Shown here in pieces: positions 22,697-24,000 of a stretch of DNA of 24,000 nt. The position numbers and the translations under genes were made by a program. Positions within the stretch are counted from its first letter, which is position 1. Every line of letters starts with the position of its first letter. Source of the DNA: Candidatus Calditenuaceae archaeon. Lineage in GTDB: Archaea; Thermoproteota; Nitrososphaeria_A; Caldarchaeales; Calditenuaceae. The stretch lies in contig JANXDI010000010.1 in the NCBI GenBank assembly GCA_025059595.1, positions 1,360 through 25,359 on the forward strand. Reading direction: 5' to 3'. The notes beneath the pieces were generated by a model. That model saw nothing but the letters and a program-made list of their open reading frames with translations, did not search any database and was not told the DNA's origin.

Positions 22697-24000
22697 CTAC
22701 TTGCTAGAGATTCTTTTTCTCCAGAGCACGACTATTGATGAGGCTGAAATGGCTAGAAGTATGGCGGCAACTAGCGAGGAGATGGTCTCTAAGTCCACGA
22801 GCCTACTTCCCATCAAAACCCCTCTAAGCCTAACCTCAAATAGAGTTGGTGAGTCGACCCAAATCAGCCGCCGCTCGGCCAAAGCACCGTCAAGATAGAC
22901 ATCGACCTGAACCTCGCCCGCAACAGGTATGCGTGTCAGGAACGTGCCATCCTCCAGCTTCTCCATCTCTAGCGGCTTCCCCCTCCATACGGCCGAGACA
23001 TCTGCGTTTCGTAAGACGTTACCAGCCCAATCTCGAACTCTGACTCTGAACTCCACATCCACCCCCCTCACAGCTATCGATACCTCCGAAACTGTTGCGT
23101 TCACCTCCCCCTTGGACAAAGATACACCCATAAAGGACACGGAATACTCGTGAACCCCCGGAAACAGTTTGACAACCGCGCCGCCAGCTTCGTCGCTGAC
23201 AGCGGTATAGCTCCTTCCCGTCACAGGGTCTTTCAACGTGAGAGTCGCGTTAGACACAGTTTTACCGCCCGGGCCCTCCAGTCTGAATACTATGTCCACT
23301 CGATTTAGCGGGAAGGTAATTCTCTCAACGCCTGGGCTTAGATTAATGGTCAGGGAGCCGAGTTGGACACCGTCCTTAAGTGCCGTCACACGGTAGGTCC
23401 CGGCGCCGGGGCGGCCCTCGCTGAGGGGTATGGCTGTGAATGAGACATCCCCAGCCGCTCCGGTTACCGTTGAACCAACCAGACCGAGTCTGTCAGACTC
23501 GATGAGAATCCGAACGCCGTGTACGGGTGCGCCTGCGTCGTCCGTTACAGAAACCAATAAGTCGGAGAGGTCTAAGACATAGGTCAAGTTTTGGCTTCTC
23601 TCAAGGGAAGTAACCTCCTTGAGGAGAAGTATCTCTTGCCCTTGGGGCAAGTATCGTTTAAGCGCCTCGACGACATATTGTCCGGTGACTCTCGAGGATG
23701 GGATGCTTGCCATTTTACCCGCCTCGATGGAGGTTGAGAAATTAAAACTCTCTGAGCTGAGCCTTAGCGTAGCGTTGACAGGTCTCCCCCTAAAATCGAG
23801 AACACTCACACCTACCTTAACAATATCAGCGGGCAATCTGTGCTCCGTCACATTCTGCGCGACATTTATCGTGGAGTTTAGGACGGGCGCCGCACCGAGG
23901 CGTCCCACAACCCTATAAGGCCCGACTTGTGGGAGGCTCGAGAGGGGGAGGTCTTTTGCGAAGAATCTCCCATTCATATCTGTTGTGCCGCGGCGTATGA
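22697..24000 (-). CDS. Cell-surface protein with repeated beta-sandwich (carboxypeptidase-regulatory-like) modules and a C-terminal TM anchor; the 5' end probably lies beyond the window
   Basis: The frame stays open from ATG 23977 to the window edge (upstream codons read IRRGTTD), and the visible N-terminus has no signal peptide. At least 4 repeats of the pattern V-x-V-x-V-x-D-x-x-G-x-P-V-x-x-A-x-V. Many N-x-S/T sequons. C-terminus SSLVAAILLAISASSIVVLWRKRISSK. Confidence 0.7.
   Translation of the reverse strand, partial: IRRGTTDMNGRFFAKDLPLSSLPQVGPYRVVGRLGAAPVLNSTINVAQNVTEHRLPADIVKVGVSVLDFRGRPVNATLRLSSESFNFSTSIEAGKMASIPSSRVTGQYVVEALKRYLPQGQEILLLKEVTSLERSQNLTYVLDLSDLLVSVTDDAGAPVHGVRILIESDRLGLVGSTVTGAAGDVSFTAIPLSEGRPGAGTYRVTALKDGVQLGSLTINLSPGVERITFPLNRVDIVFRLEGPGGKTVSNATLTLKDPVTGRSYTAVSDEAGGAVVKLFPGVHEYSVSFMGVSLSKGEVNATVSEVSIAVRGVDVEFRVRVRDWAGNVLRNADVSAVWRGKPLEMEKLEDGTFLTRIPVAGEVQVDVYLDGALAERRLIWVDSPTLFEVRLRGVLMGSRLVDLETISSLVAAILLAISASSIVVLWRKRISSK

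Overview
The window reads as an archaeal chromosomal segment, most likely Thermoproteota/Crenarchaeota-like. Supporting signs are archaeal 16S signature blocks (including an exact ARCH915 probe target), aIF5A with a hypusine loop, a crenarchaeal-type archaellin N-terminus, A/T-rich TATA boxes about 26-31 nt upstream of many start codons, and a tRNA with a non-canonical intron. Order of content: the 5' ~900 nt of a 16S rRNA gene (minus strand, running off the left edge) with its leader; an SDR epimerase; a solitary archaellin-like gene; aIF5A; an uncharacterised 12-TM membrane protein; DUF4256; a KstD-like flavoprotein; trpE-trpG; coaBC; an intron-containing tRNA-Asn; a divergent D-2-hydroxyacid-dehydrogenase homolog; a UPF0216-like protein; ribosomal protein uS9; a GH1 beta-glycosidase divergent from a five-gene Opp/Dpp-family ABC importer; a Gfo/Idh/MocA oxidoreductase; a second lone DppB-like permease; and a C-terminally anchored surface protein that runs off the right edge. 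I found no CRISPR array, transposase, integrase, toxin-antitoxin pair or recognisable defence island, and I cannot honestly name a clear new multi-gene system. The observations most worth follow-up are: (1) the trpE N-terminal region, with an intact LLES-X10-S feedback motif, lies upstream of any canonical start codon; (2) a 30-nt tRNA intron sits inside the T-stem with a bulge-helix-bulge fold; (3) the 2-hydroxyacid dehydrogenase homolog appears to have lost its catalytic His/Glu; (4) the membrane protein appears built from three 4-TM repeats, each carrying a His motif; (5) a twice-repeated TTATG-N6-CATAA palindrome lies in the divergent GH1/ABC promoter region; (6) there are orphaned genes (archaellin, DppB-like permease, uS9 without uL13, trpEG without the rest of trp). 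All homology calls come from reading the translations by eye. No database search was run.
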